A stretch of 64,000 nt of DNA from an uncultured Chloroflexia bacterium (GCA_963827895.1 CAWHCY010000010.1:128355-192354), one strand, 5' to 3'. Shown: positions 1 to 10,310, counted from the stretch's first letter. Made by a program: numbers and translations. The notes: generated by a model from the sequence alone, not told the origin.

Positions 1-1
1 T

Positions 2-419
2 GCAATTACCCTGGCTCAACACGGTTGGCAGGTGACAGGCGTTGATTTTATTCCACGCAGTATTCAACGCGCCAGGCAAAAAGCTAACACAGCCGGGGTT
101 AATGCGGAGTTTATCATTGATTCAGTCACCAATTTGAACGAGAATCATTGGCCCATTTCACCTGATCCTCGATATTGGCTGCTATCAGGGATTGCCCGCT
201 GCAGATCGTGAGCCATACCGGATGAATATCCAACGGCTACTGGCGCCAGGCGGGTCGCTGCTCATGTACGGCTTCTACCACGATCCTGAACATGGTGTAG
301 AACATGGATTAAGTGAACAGGATTTTGAAGCCTTCAAGATTTTCCACAGGCTTACCGGCATTAAGGACAGCCCGGATAACCGCGGACGCGCCTCCACCTG
401 GCTGCATTACACCAGGTAA
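2..419 (+). pseudogene. class I SAM-dependent methyltransferase, 5'-truncated by the window edge and frameshifted near 135-147
   Basis: Frame 2 reads AITLAQHGWQVTGVDFIPRSIQRARQKA...DSVTNLNE and then stops. Frame 3 continues GPFHLILDIGCYQGLPAADREPY...LLAPGGSLLMYGF. The two parts join only across a 1-nt shift. Confidence 0.6.
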
Positions 420-469
420 TCGGGTATTATTGTAAAACATTGGTTGACGTAATTCAGCGGAGGTTAAGT

Positions 470-1300
470 ATGGCGGAGAAAAAAACCAAAAAACAAAAAC
501 CAGAACCGGAACTGCATCCCGGCAATGAAATGTCCAGCAAGGAATACTACTCCGAACTTGAGAAGCTGGAGATCGAGCTGGTCAAGCTGCAGGAGTGGGT
601 AAAGTTCAACGGGTTGAAGGTTGTGGTCCTGTTCGAAGGCCGGGATGCCGCCGGGAAGGGCGGCGCCATCAAGCGTATCACCGAAAGCCTGAATCCGCGC
701 TTTGCGCGGGTCGTTGCCCTGGGCACACCCACCGAAAAAGAGAAAACCCAGTGGTATTTTCAGCGCTATGTACAGCACCTCCCGGCTGCCGGCGAGATGG
801 TATTCTTCGACCGCAGCTGGTATAACCGTGCCGGTGTGGAGCGCGTGATGGGTTTCTGTACCGACGAGGAATACCAGGAATTCCTGCGCGCCTGCCCGGA
901 GTTCGAACGCATGCTTATCCGCTCAGGGATCATTCTGATCAAATACTGGTTTAGCGTCAGCAACGACGAACAGGAACGCCGCTTCCAGGACCGGATGAGC
1001 GATCCCACCAAGCGCTGGAAACTCAGCCCGATGGACCTGGAATCCCGTGCCCACTGGGTGGAATATTCCAGAGCCAAGGATGCCATGTTCTCATACACCG
1101 ATACCAAGCAGAGTCCCTGGTACGTGGTCAATGCGGATGACAAAAAACGTGCCCGCCTGAACGTCATTGCCCACCTGCTCAGTCTCATCCCTTACAAAGA
1201 CCTCACCCCTGAGCCGCTCAAACTGCCTCCCCGGCAGTCGGATTCAGGCTACATACGCCCTCCTCTCAGCGATCAAACTTTCGTCCCGGAAAAATATTAA
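470..1300 (+). CDS. ppk2: polyphosphate kinase 2 (PPK2 family)
   Basis: PPK2 Walker-like motif FEGRDAAGKGG, plus FDRSWYNR and the KRWKLSPMD lid motif. GGAGG lies 8 nt upstream of the ATG at 470. The track ORF begins at an upstream alternative start (440). Confidence 0.9.
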   Translation: MAEKKTKKQKPEPELHPGNEMSSKEYYSELEKLEIELVKLQEWVKFNGLKVVVLFEGRDAAGKGGAIKRITESLNPRFARVVALGTPTEKEKTQWYFQRYVQHLPAAGEMVFFDRSWYNRAGVERVMGFCTDEEYQEFLRACPEFERMLIRSGIILIKYWFSVSNDEQERRFQDRMSDPTKRWKLSPMDLESRAHWVEYSRAKDAMFSYTDTKQSPWYVVNADDKKRARLNVIAHLLSLIPYKDLTPEPLKLPPRQSDSGYIRPPLSDQTFVPEKY

Positions 1301-1302
1301 TC

Positions 1303-1867
1303 ATGCCAGTATTCGACCACTTTGGTTTTATTGCACCACATTACGACCGGATGGCAAAACCTCAACCGCCATTGGATCTGTTGGAGCACCTGAATTTAAA
1401 CAACCAATCGCATGTCCTGGATGTAGGTGGCGGGACGGGGCGGGTCGCCCAGACCCTGCTCCCCTATGCAGCCAGTGTTACAGTTGTTGACCTGTCTTAT
1501 AAAATGCTGCAGGAAGCCAGACTCAAACCGGGATTGAATGTTTGCCATGGCAGGCAGCGAAAACCTGCCATACCCGGCAGAGTCCTTTGATGGAATTATT
1601 ATGGTGGATGCATTTCACCATGTAATCGACCAGCATCTGACCTTGAATGAACTCTTCAGGGTGCTAAAACCAGGCGGAACGATCGTAGTGAAGGAACCGG
1701 ACATCAACACCTTTGCTGTCAAGCTAATCGCCGTAGCTGAGAAGTTGTTATTGATGCGGACCCACATCATCTCTGGTGAGCAGATCGCCGGGATGTTTGA
1801 AATGTGCTGTAAAGGTGCGTTGGTATACCGGAAGGAATATACCGTCTGGGTGGTGGTGAAGAAGTAA
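1303..1867 (+). CDS. class I SAM-dependent methyltransferase (Methyltransf_11-like), frameshifted near 1530-1545
   Basis: N-terminal ORF has VLDVGGGTGRV (motif I). The C-terminal ORF in another frame continues AGSENLPYPAESFDGIIMVDAFHH...LKPGGTIVV. The two halves of one fold sit in different frames. Confidence 0.75.
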
Positions 1868-1952
1868 GTAATTGATACGAATATTTTTTTTACTATTTAC
1901 CATTTCTGAATAATTGTATGCACAATATTGTAAAAACGAGGTCTTCTTTTCT

Positions 1953-2369
1953 ATGATCGATTTCGTAGAAGTTCTGAATGACAGAAACTGGTTCAAAAAT
2001 CAACCAGCAAAAGCTGAAATAATACAAAACCTAAAAAACGAAGTAAAAGGATTACCTGAGGCTTACTATTGTTTTTTACTTTATAGTGATGGTGGAGCGG
2101 GAAAAATTAGTATTGAACCCGGTTGGTTTCAAATATGGCCGTCCACAGAAGTAATCGCTCTAAACAAGGGATATGAGATTGAGAAAAACATTCCTGGCTT
2201 TTTTGGTTTTGGCAGTAATGGTGGAGGTGAATTGTTGGCATTTGATTTGAGAAGCAATAAGAAGTGTGAACTTGTTATGATTCCATTTATTCCGATGTCA
2301 GAAGATGAAGCAATTGTTATTGCAAATGATTTTGAAGAATTTATCAAAGCAATAGGGAAAGATCTGTAA
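1953..2369 (+). CDS. SMI1/KNR4 (SUKH-1) family protein, immunity-protein-type fold
   Basis: Family-typical segments LPEAYYCFLLYSDGG, FFGFGSNGGGELLAFD and FEEFI at the C-terminus. Start is either 1914 or ATG 1953. The gene is AT-rich. Confidence 0.7.
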   Translation: MIDFVEVLNDRNWFKNQPAKAEIIQNLKNEVKGLPEAYYCFLLYSDGGAGKISIEPGWFQIWPSTEVIALNKGYEIEKNIPGFFGFGSNGGGELLAFDLRSNKKCELVMIPFIPMSEDEAIVIANDFEEFIKAIGKDL

Positions 2370-2482
2370 TCACATACTTAAATAAGCAGTATATTTATTT
2401 AAAGTAGCAAAGAATTGGTTCATTATATTTAATGAAGTTGGAGTGGGGCATTTTTTAATTGCTAAAGAGAATGTTATGGGCA

Positions 2483-2535
2483 GCCAAATTGCCTGAGTTG
2501 GGCAAAATGCATTTGGCATAAATAAATTTTTGTTG
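2483..2535 (+). terminator. possible rho-independent terminator after the SUKH gene
   Basis: GCCAAAT-TGCC...GGCA...ATTTGGC imperfect hairpin followed by ATAAATAAATTTTTG. Confidence 0.3.
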
Positions 2536-2568
2536 ACCGAATATTCGGAATAGAGATGAGGGAGAAAA

Positions 2569-3243
2569 GTGGATGGTTTTCCAGTTTGGATAAATATAGC
2601 AATAACATTTGTTATAGCAAATCTCTTGTTTCATATTATTTATTTACTTGATCGACGAACAAAATCTGAAGGAATTTTATTCTCACAACCACCTTCTTTG
2701 AAATCAAGAATTTACGCAGGGCTGCTCGGCATTATTCTTGGTGGATGGTTCATAATAATCTGGTTATCGGGTCTCCACATTAGTGGAGAAATGTTACTTC
2801 TCCCAATTGGATCAGTAGCTTTATTCGGTTACAGCATTGGAATAGATAAACCATTACAGCAAATTCAGAATGCTTATGCCAATGTATTTCACAACTTCAT
2901 CAGATCAAAGAAAATAATTGGCATTGAAGGGAAAACCATTGACGAAATAATATTAGCTGTAAATACTGGCGGTAGATTTGTTGTTTATGAATTCTGTATT
3001 TCGCCACTTATTGTTACGCTTGATTACGACTCCAATGTTCATTTTATTAATATTGATAATAAACAAAAAATATTAAGTGTGCGTTACAGTATTATTTCCT
3101 TGTTGTTCGGTTGGGAAAGTCTTTTTGGGATGATCCACACAATTCGTTGCCTTATGGTCAATCTTCGTGGAGGTAAGGATATTACTAAGCAAGTTGTTGA
3201 ATGGCTAAAATTAATACAAGAAATGAGTGAATCTACTGAGTGA
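2569..3243 (+). CDS. hypothetical membrane protein (3 N-terminal TM helices plus a conserved C-terminal GW..G...N.RGGKD.T-type domain)
   Basis: GTG start after GAGGGAG. Hydrophobic N-terminal half. C-terminal motif LLFGWESLFGMIHTIRCLMVNLRGGKDITKQV. Confidence 0.55.
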   Translation: MDGFPVWINIAITFVIANLLFHIIYLLDRRTKSEGILFSQPPSLKSRIYAGLLGIILGGWFIIIWLSGLHISGEMLLLPIGSVALFGYSIGIDKPLQQIQNAYANVFHNFIRSKKIIGIEGKTIDEIILAVNTGGRFVVYEFCISPLIVTLDYDSNVHFINIDNKQKILSVRYSIISLLFGWESLFGMIHTIRCLMVNLRGGKDITKQVVEWLKLIQEMSESTE

Positions 3244-3406
3244 ATCTCGCAACAAAAGTCCATCAAACCATTTACAGAGGGCGGGATTCTGCCACGTCTT
3301 AAGCGCAAATAAAACGGAATGATCCTTTTTTTTACATCATAATTGCTTTGTATCAGGAGTCTGTATAATTAATGGTTAACGACCCATATACTTCAAGGGG
3401 AACATT

Positions 3407-3846
3407 TTGCTAAGAACTCAAAGAACTATATCGCCTCTTTTATATTTCATCCTGGTATCAAGTCTGACAAATCTCACATTTCTTATTGCGGGTATTGCTT
3501 TACTTGCTCCTATTCTCTGTTAATTTATTCGGGCATCGTTCTACAAATTATAATTATTCTGCTGCTTTGGAAAGGTTTACTTGTTGGTCTTGTTTCCTGG
3601 CTTATACACAAGAAAGCGAACAACAAAGATTTTTTGGTGATGTTCATCGGAATGTATCTTGGTCGCTTTTTTGGAATATTAATTGGGGGATTTCTTGGGG
3701 CTAGAATTTTGAATTCGTTCAAACAGCCAGAAATCATCGGAATTATTGTCGGGGCATTGGCATTTTATTTTGCTGGTCGGTGGGTTGGCGCTAAGGTAAG
3801 CATCCAAATAGGTAGACAATTAGACAAGGTCTTCGATATTAAATGA
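3407..3846 (+). CDS. small hydrophobic membrane protein, apparently frameshifted near 3510-3530
   Basis: A TTG ORF (LLRTQRTISPLLYFILVSSLTNLTFLIAGIALLAPILC*) runs into the frame of track ORF 3634..3846 (…IIILLLWKGLLVGLVSWLIHKK…FIGMYLGRFFGILIGGFLG). An AAGGGGA SD precedes 3407. Confidence 0.45.
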
Positions 3847-3901
3847 AACACAAGAAGCAGGTAATATTCTATACATAAAATTTTCCAATAAATTTGTATC
3901 G

Positions 3902-4297
3902 TTGGCTTTTATTGTATATGGCATGATTCTTCCATTATTGTTTGTATTTCTCGGATTGATGATTAATTATATAAAAATTCCAATGGACTATCACACTGAA
4001 CTTCTGCCAATATCTCGCGTTATAGTAATTGTGTTATCCATTTTATCAATTTGCTTACCCTGGTTATTTAAAAATCGTTGGTTAAATAAATATCAGGCGA
4101 TGAAATCTGCGCCAGAATCAGTTTTTTACTGGCTGGGATTGAGTTTTTCAATTATTCCAGTTATTTATGGATTCATCCTATTTATGGCTATAGGCATTTC
4201 AATTACTGAGTTGTGTCTTTATGCGGCAGTAGGGTCCATATCGGCAATAATATGGACCATGAACTATAAAGTTACACTTAAGAAAACCGTGGATTAG
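3902..4297 (+). CDS. hypothetical membrane protein (4 predicted TM segments)
   Basis: Uninterrupted 131-aa hydrophobic ORF, AT-rich, same orientation as its neighbours. Confidence 0.5.
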   Translation: MAFIVYGMILPLLFVFLGLMINYIKIPMDYHTELLPISRVIVIVLSILSICLPWLFKNRWLNKYQAMKSAPESVFYWLGLSFSIIPVIYGFILFMAIGISITELCLYAAVGSISAIIWTMNYKVTLKKTVD

Positions 4298-4480
4298 CGA
4301 AGCGTGCAATGGTCAGGCGGGATTCTGCCGCATCCAAATATTTCCTGAAAGCGTGGCTTCGGGTTTTTTCTGCTCCCAAGCAAAGCTTTAACTTACCCAC
4401 CTGCAATTACCATCAACGGTACAATAATAACATTAAGCATTGGGTTGCTTCGCAAAGAAATATAGATCAGGAGCATAAAA

Positions 4481-5194
4481 ATGGTAGCTTTCGATTTTAT
4501 TGCATTCGACGCTGACGATACACTTTGGCATACTGAACGGTTGTATGCTGAAGTACAACAACAGTTTACACAGCTATTGGCAAATTATCATGACCCAGAA
4601 TGGATCACTGATCATTTGTTTCAAACCGAAACTCACAATATTCAACATTTTGGTTATGGTATAAAAGCCTTTGCTCTTTCCCTAATCGAAACTGCGATAG
4701 AACTTACAGAAGGGCGAATATCCAGTAAAGAAATTCATGAAATCGTGGACTGGGCAAAGAAAATGTTGAATTCTGATGTTGAATTGTTGCCACACGTCAG
4801 TCTAGTAATCCCTCTACTATCAAGCCAATACCCCATGATGATTATTACCAAAGGCGATTTGCTTGACCAGGAAACAAAGATAGAAAAGTCAGGTTTAGGG
4901 AAATATTTTCAACATATCGAAATCGTTAGCCAGAAAACGCTAGAAGTTTACGAGAAATTACTCAAGAAATATTCTATTGATCCAAGCCGTTTTATGATGA
5001 TTGGTAACTCCCTTCCTTCAGACATTTTGCCTGTATTGAAATTAGGTGGTATTGCTGTTCACATTCCGTATGAAATAACTTGGTTGCATGAGACAGCTGA
5101 GAAACCTCCTCGTGACCTAGGAGGATACTATGAATTAGAAAACCTGGGCCAGTTGCCTCATTTATTAGAGCAGCTTACCCAAATTAGTGAGTAA
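4481..5194 (+). CDS. HAD superfamily hydrolase
   Basis: Motif I FDADDTLW, ITKGD (motif II region) and a MIGNSLPSD-type motif IV. AGGAG RBS. Confidence 0.8.
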   Translation: MVAFDFIAFDADDTLWHTERLYAEVQQQFTQLLANYHDPEWITDHLFQTETHNIQHFGYGIKAFALSLIETAIELTEGRISSKEIHEIVDWAKKMLNSDVELLPHVSLVIPLLSSQYPMMIITKGDLLDQETKIEKSGLGKYFQHIEIVSQKTLEVYEKLLKKYSIDPSRFMMIGNSLPSDILPVLKLGGIAVHIPYEITWLHETAEKPPRDLGGYYELENLGQLPHLLEQLTQISE

Positions 5195-5333
5195 CATAGC
5201 AATAAACACCGGCTAACAAGGTGAGCACCAAACTCTTGGTTTTTTACCCGCACTTTCGGGGAAACGACACTAAATCCCCACCTTGCCGGTAATGCTTTTC
5301 GTTAGGCGATTGTTACACTAAAATGGAGACTGT

Positions 5334-5744
5334 ATGCTAACAACTAACTATTATGAGACGTTCATTGAAGTCGCTGAAGACTGCCCTGTTGAAAAATCGG
5401 AGATACCATCATTGAAAAATGGAGAAAAAACAATAGCATTTATCCATTATGAGGTGATGAGAAACAATCCGTATAAATACACATCAGACGATGTAATTTT
5501 TAATACTTTTGTTCAAAAAAATAACATTAGAGCTGAAAACCTGGAAGCTGAAAGAATTCAATTCTTCTCTAAAGGGCAACCTTGTTTACGTTCATCGCCA
5601 TTGACAAAGCGATACGGATGGGGCATTCATAGTGATAAAGATGGTAAAGTTGCCTTATATCCAATGGAATCGATGGAGTACAGTATATATAGAACAAGCA
5701 ATTCGCTACAACATCTCATGGGAATGAGGTCAAAAAGAAAATAA
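5334..5744 (+). CDS. conserved hypothetical protein (resembles the DUF6157 family)
   Basis: TFIEVAEDCP...NPYKYTSDDV...FFSKGQPCLRSSPLTKRYGWGIHSD...MRSKR matches my memory of that family. Not verifiable here. Confidence 0.5.
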   Translation: MLTTNYYETFIEVAEDCPVEKSEIPSLKNGEKTIAFIHYEVMRNNPYKYTSDDVIFNTFVQKNNIRAENLEAERIQFFSKGQPCLRSSPLTKRYGWGIHSDKDGKVALYPMESMEYSIYRTSNSLQHLMGMRSKRK

Positions 5745-5747
5745 AAA

Positions 5748-6329
5748 ATGGGAGCATCCATGGATATAAGAATTGTAATCATCATTGGCTTTTCATACTT
5801 ATACGGATTCTTTGAACTTTTCATGAATTTAAGAAATAGAAATAAAAGCAGGGTTACCTCTTCTGGTGATAAAGGAAGTCTATGGCTGCTATTTGGTCTT
5901 ATTACGGTTGGCTATGCCCTGTCATTTGCAATTGGTGCAACAAAAATTGGACGGATGCCTAACTGGAATACCTTTTTCGCCGTTGGGGCTATATTGGTTG
6001 TGGTGGGATTAGTGATCAGAATTCTATCAATCATGACCCTCAGGCAATACTTTACCTATTCCGTTGCCAAAGTTGAAGGCCATCGATTAATTGAAACCGG
6101 GTTGTATAAAAACCTCCGGCATCCCGGTTACCTGGGGCAATTATTGATCTTTCTTGGGCTTTCGGTCTCATTATCGAATTGGTTATCGATTCTATTGATG
6201 ATGATCCCGGTCGCGATCGGGTACATCTACCGGATAAGAGTTGAGGAAAAATTTATGGTCGATCAACTTGGAGAGGATTACCTGGATTATCAAAAACACA
6301 CAAAAAGGATAATTCCGTTGGTTTATTAA
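5748..6329 (+). CDS. isoprenylcysteine carboxyl methyltransferase (ICMT)/phospholipid methyltransferase family membrane protein
   Basis: LIETGLYKNLRHPGYLGQLL...RIRVEEKFMVDQLGEDYLDYQKHTKRIIP. Multi-TM. Confidence 0.8.
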   Translation: MGASMDIRIVIIIGFSYLYGFFELFMNLRNRNKSRVTSSGDKGSLWLLFGLITVGYALSFAIGATKIGRMPNWNTFFAVGAILVVVGLVIRILSIMTLRQYFTYSVAKVEGHRLIETGLYKNLRHPGYLGQLLIFLGLSVSLSNWLSILLMMIPVAIGYIYRIRVEEKFMVDQLGEDYLDYQKHTKRIIPLVY

Positions 6330-6862
6330 TATTCGCTGTACCTGACACCTCTTGCAGCAGGTAGGGTGCATTCCTGATGCACCATTCAGCAATTTTTCCA
6401 TGCAAATCCCTGGGAGAAAAAACATAAATTATCCAAAAAACAGGCCAGAAATAAAACATAGAAATAAGCAAATATTTCTTTCTTAAGAACAATATCAATT
6501 TACTAATGACGATTTCTCGTAAATTAACTACAATTAGTAATAGTAAAAATCCAATATTGTTAACGTCCAGAATTGATTAGTGAGATATCATTACGTATTC
6601 CTATTGAACATTAATAATCTGAGGTTTTAGATTTGTAAAAATACTAAACAACTTTCCAGGCAGGAAGAGTGGGCTTAACCTGCCGCATCCAAAACGCCTG
6701 TCTTCCTAAGTGACTCGATGATTAGCGTAAAATTTCAACGTATCAGGAGTGACACAATTAATAGTTGGGTTGATAATAACCGGAGTAGATAAGTGGAACT
6801 AATCAAAATTTATATAATCTGAATAGTTCAAGTTATTATGAAGAAAACATAACGGAGGATTA

Positions 6863-8170
6863 ATGAAGGAAAAAAGTAATGAAATAACAGAAAATATTAA
6901 GTTAAATAGGCATAACCTTCAAATTACGCTATTCATATTATTATTCTTGGCATTCATGTTAACATCATGTAAACCAAATAACAAAATTACTTTTACAGGC
7001 AGATTAGTATTTTTACTAATTCCAGGTTCAAACAATAATGCGACTGACACTAATGCTCCCGGTATATATGAGCTGTCTCAAGGACAGTTAACCCCAATAC
7101 TGTTATGGGGGAATCTTGGGATAATTCCAACGTCAGCTGTTCCAACAATATCACCTGATGGAAAAATGGCACTCATTCGTGGACTATTATCAAATTATGA
7201 GGATGTGTATTATTTAATCGATTTACAGAGTGGGAAAGGCTATTTATTTCCACTTGACCGTATAAAGGGGAATGCGGTGTTTTCACCAGATAATAAATAT
7301 TTAGCGTATGTCTCTTCTGGTGGGGATGGATTATTCGTTATTGATTTGGAAAAAGTAAATTATCAAGAAATTGAAGAAATTACCCTCAAAGACCGCTTCG
7401 ATGGTTGGTGGGCTCTTAATGAATATACAACAGAAGTATTTCAAGGTAAATGTACCGGGTATGTCGGATGTAGTGTGTCTGAATGTCTTTCCATGTATAG
7501 TCCTTTTTGGGTAGATAATAAAACTTTACTAATAGTTCATGATCCAAATATTATCAACCCAAATTATCAATTTCCTGATATGGTAGGAGGTTGTAGTGAT
7601 GGGGGTTTTGGGAGACAATATATGCTTTCTGTTGTTAATGTAGACGGTAAAATAATTTCAAATCATATAACACCATATACAATTGAGATCACTTACCCAT
7701 CTAAATCAGAGGTTGATCCTAATATGCAAGGAGGATCGACATTCCTATTCTTGGGAGAAAAAAATGGAATTGAATCAAATGGTTCAACTCAGAAAGAATT
7801 GTATAGATTAGACACGAAGACCTTACTAGAAAAGAATGATACTACCCGAAATTCACTTGGATTTACTAGTACTGATGTATACAGTGTTTCGCCTGATAAA
7901 AAAACCTTGATACGATATTATAAAAACTGGGAAATCGTGGATATTTTAAGTGGGAGCGTTACCAAACTTAATAGTCAGCCCGCAATAACTGATATTTCTA
8001 ATTGTGTATGGTCTATCGATCAGAAAACCGTTGCTTGTATTGGGAGGGTAGGAAAGGAAATACAGTTGTTTCTCCTGCCACTCTCTGGAGAATCTCCAAT
8101 GATCCTGAAATCCTGGAAGTATGAGGCTTTCGGAGGAGAGAAATGGTATTTACTTGCATGGCAACCTTAA
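6863..8170 (+). CDS. secreted/lipoprotein with TolB-like beta-propeller repeats
   Basis: Signal and lipobox-like FMLTSCKPN. Repeated SPDGK/SPDNKYLAYVS/SPDKKTL propeller-blade signatures. GGAGG RBS. Confidence 0.55.
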   Translation: MKEKSNEITENIKLNRHNLQITLFILLFLAFMLTSCKPNNKITFTGRLVFLLIPGSNNNATDTNAPGIYELSQGQLTPILLWGNLGIIPTSAVPTISPDGKMALIRGLLSNYEDVYYLIDLQSGKGYLFPLDRIKGNAVFSPDNKYLAYVSSGGDGLFVIDLEKVNYQEIEEITLKDRFDGWWALNEYTTEVFQGKCTGYVGCSVSECLSMYSPFWVDNKTLLIVHDPNIINPNYQFPDMVGGCSDGGFGRQYMLSVVNVDGKIISNHITPYTIEITYPSKSEVDPNMQGGSTFLFLGEKNGIESNGSTQKELYRLDTKTLLEKNDTTRNSLGFTSTDVYSVSPDKKTLIRYYKNWEIVDILSGSVTKLNSQPAITDISNCVWSIDQKTVACIGRVGKEIQLFLLPLSGESPMILKSWKYEAFGGEKWYLLAWQP

Positions 8171-8497
8171 ACAGGAATTTCCTTACACGACCACCCGACA
8201 AAGCGTGTAGTTGGAATGGTGAGCACTCTAAATGCACCGTTTATTGGCCTTTTTCAAGGTAAAAAATCCTGCTCCCAGGCAGAGTCCATGCCTGCCAACC
8301 TGCCAGTGCCCATAAAGGTACTTTACAAACCAATCCGCTCAATGGTATGCATAAGTCAGTGAATTCAGTCAATAAGCATTTGTTTGAAATGGGTTATTGG
8401 GCGAAATTATATAAAGTATACAAAGCAGTATTACAAACCTCGCCATCCATGTACCTAAACATCTTGATGGAATTATCAAAGAATACCAGGAGAATAT

Positions 8498-9656
8498 ATG
8501 TCAATAAAGTTGGTCAACACAATCATCATTTTAACCCTGATCGCCCTGCTGGCGACCGCATGTCAACCCAGCCCTACGATCGTCCCAACTACAATTCCAA
8601 ACACCCCGATACCCACATCAACAATTCTTCCCAGTGCGGTGCCGGCTCATCCGCCAACAGACCCGAACGCTGTACGGATTGAATTAAATAATACAACCAT
8701 GCAGGTTTCACCAGGGGATATTGGTCCTAATGCTACGTTGCAATTTGTGTTTGCTGCATCCGCCGGTCAGACTGTGACCGTCGATGCTGCCGCTGAACCA
8801 TCTAATAGTGTGATCATTTTCGTTTGGGGAGCAGATGGCGTAGTGTTGACACCAGAAACGTACGAAGTTACAACCTGGCTAGGTACGGTCCCCTCTACAC
8901 AGGATTATTATATTGCTGTGCGTTCTGTTGCAGCACAAACCATTAACTATACATTGTCGCTGAGAATACCGCCGCTTACTCCACCGGAAGCATCGCGCAT
9001 CCAGTTTCAGCCTAATGCAACCAGTTGGTACACACCGGGCGACCTGGCACCGAATGGATCGATTCGCTTTGTAGTCAGCGCGGTCGAAGGTCAACAGTTG
9101 ACAGTCAACCTTTCCTCGGAACCGGTAGAAAGCGCCTTCCTTTATATTTGGAGCGCGGACGGTACAGTGTACACGCTTATGGCTCCCACACAAACATGGG
9201 CTGGTACTTTTTCATCGAACCAGGATTATTACATTGAGGTCAGATCGGTATCCGCGGAACAAATCAGTTATCAACTCAATGTGGAAATTCCCGCCATATC
9301 AGAAATTCCGCCGACTACAGATATGCCGAAAATAAACGTAGATAAACCGATTCGGTTTGCAGAGGGTCCGTTGGATGTTACCCTGGACGGATCCGTTATT
9401 AGGGGGGAACGTGACCGTTATACCCTGAGCATGCAGACTGGCGAAATATTGAGTGTCGTAATCTCGTCACTTGAAGGAAATGCCTCTTTCTCCATCTTAG
9501 ATCCAGAGTCAAAATCCCATGCCTGGCACCGAAGAATACAAGGAAGCAATCCAATGGTCGATTGTGGCTCAAACTGAGGGTGAGTATTCCATCATAGTTG
9601 GTCCAACACGTGGTAATGCAACTTATACGCTTATGGTTCAGGTGAGCAGCCAGTAG
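8498..9656 (+). CDS. lipoprotein with three ~100-aa tandem beta-sandwich (pre-peptidase C-terminal-like) repeats, frameshifted near 9515-9522
   Basis: Lipobox LLATAC. Repeats end ...DYYIAVRSVAAQTINYTLSLRIP, ...DYYIEVRSVSAEQISYQLNVEIP and (other frame) ...GEYSIIVGPTRGNATYTLMVQVSSQ*. Confidence 0.6.
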
Positions 9657-9778
9657 CAGTCACCGAATACATAGTGCATATTTGAACGTAATGCAATAAT
9701 GAAGTCGATAAACCAATATAGTAATCCGATAATGGTAATAAGTGATAAACAGGTAGACCATTGATAGAAGGATGGTGA

Positions 9779-10306
9779 ATGGGTAAAGAAAGCTCTTACA
9801 CCGGAAGCAGGGATCCACGGTTCGTGACGGTTCGGCGCGGTGGTACGCTCGAAGATGCACAGCACCGTTTACTGGCTGCCTGGGCGGCGGACTGCGCGGA
9901 GCACGTTCTTCACTATTTCACCTCCCAATATCCAAACGACGACCGTCCGCGGAGGGCGATCGAACAGGCGCGGGCATGGTCACGGGGGGAGATCTCGATG
10001 ACCCAGGCACGCGAGGCGGCTTATGCTGCTCATGATGCTGCTAAAACATCCACCGGTGCTGCCCGCGAGGCAGCCCGTGCGGCTGGTCATGCCGTGGCAA
10101 CTGCACACATGGCGGACCATGAACTCGGTGCCGCTGCCTATGCGATCAGGGCTGTACGCGCTGCATCCCCGGCAGATTCACGCAATGAAGCCGGTCGGAT
10201 CGAGTGCCAGTGGCAGCGGGAACAACTGCCAGAAGCCATCCGCGCTCTGGTTCTCTCAGACGAGGATCTTCGTAACAAAAAACTATGGTCACTTTTCCAA
10301 ACTTGA
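9779..10306 (+). CDS. alpha-helical protein of the putative immunity 'Imm-5-like' family (often mis-annotated as exonuclease SbcC)
   Basis: RRGGTLEDAQHRLLAAWAADCAEHVL...RRAIEQARAWSRGE...ELGAAAYAIRAVRAA...QWQREQLPEAIRALVL. Conspicuously GC-rich compared with its flanks. Confidence 0.5.
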   Translation: MGKESSYTGSRDPRFVTVRRGGTLEDAQHRLLAAWAADCAEHVLHYFTSQYPNDDRPRRAIEQARAWSRGEISMTQAREAAYAAHDAAKTSTGAAREAARAAGHAVATAHMADHELGAAAYAIRAVRAASPADSRNEAGRIECQWQREQLPEAIRALVLSDEDLRNKKLWSLFQT

Positions 10307-10310
10307 ATTT

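Noticed and set aside
4309-4515. 68-aa ORF between the 3902 gene and the HAD gene
   Set aside because: It has no RBS and starts inside the conserved intergenic motif and terminator-like hairpin. Its 3' end overlaps the well-supported HAD start, and its composition is atypical of coding sequence.
1870-6862. Integron cassette array (CALIN) interpretation of the AT-rich island
   Set aside because: Only one copy shows RYYYAAC (GCTTAAC, 6674-6680) and GTTRRRY (GTTGGGT, 6764-6770) cores, and these two are not mutually complementary. The other copies lack them, and no intI gene is present. I kept it only as a 'repeated intergenic element' finding.
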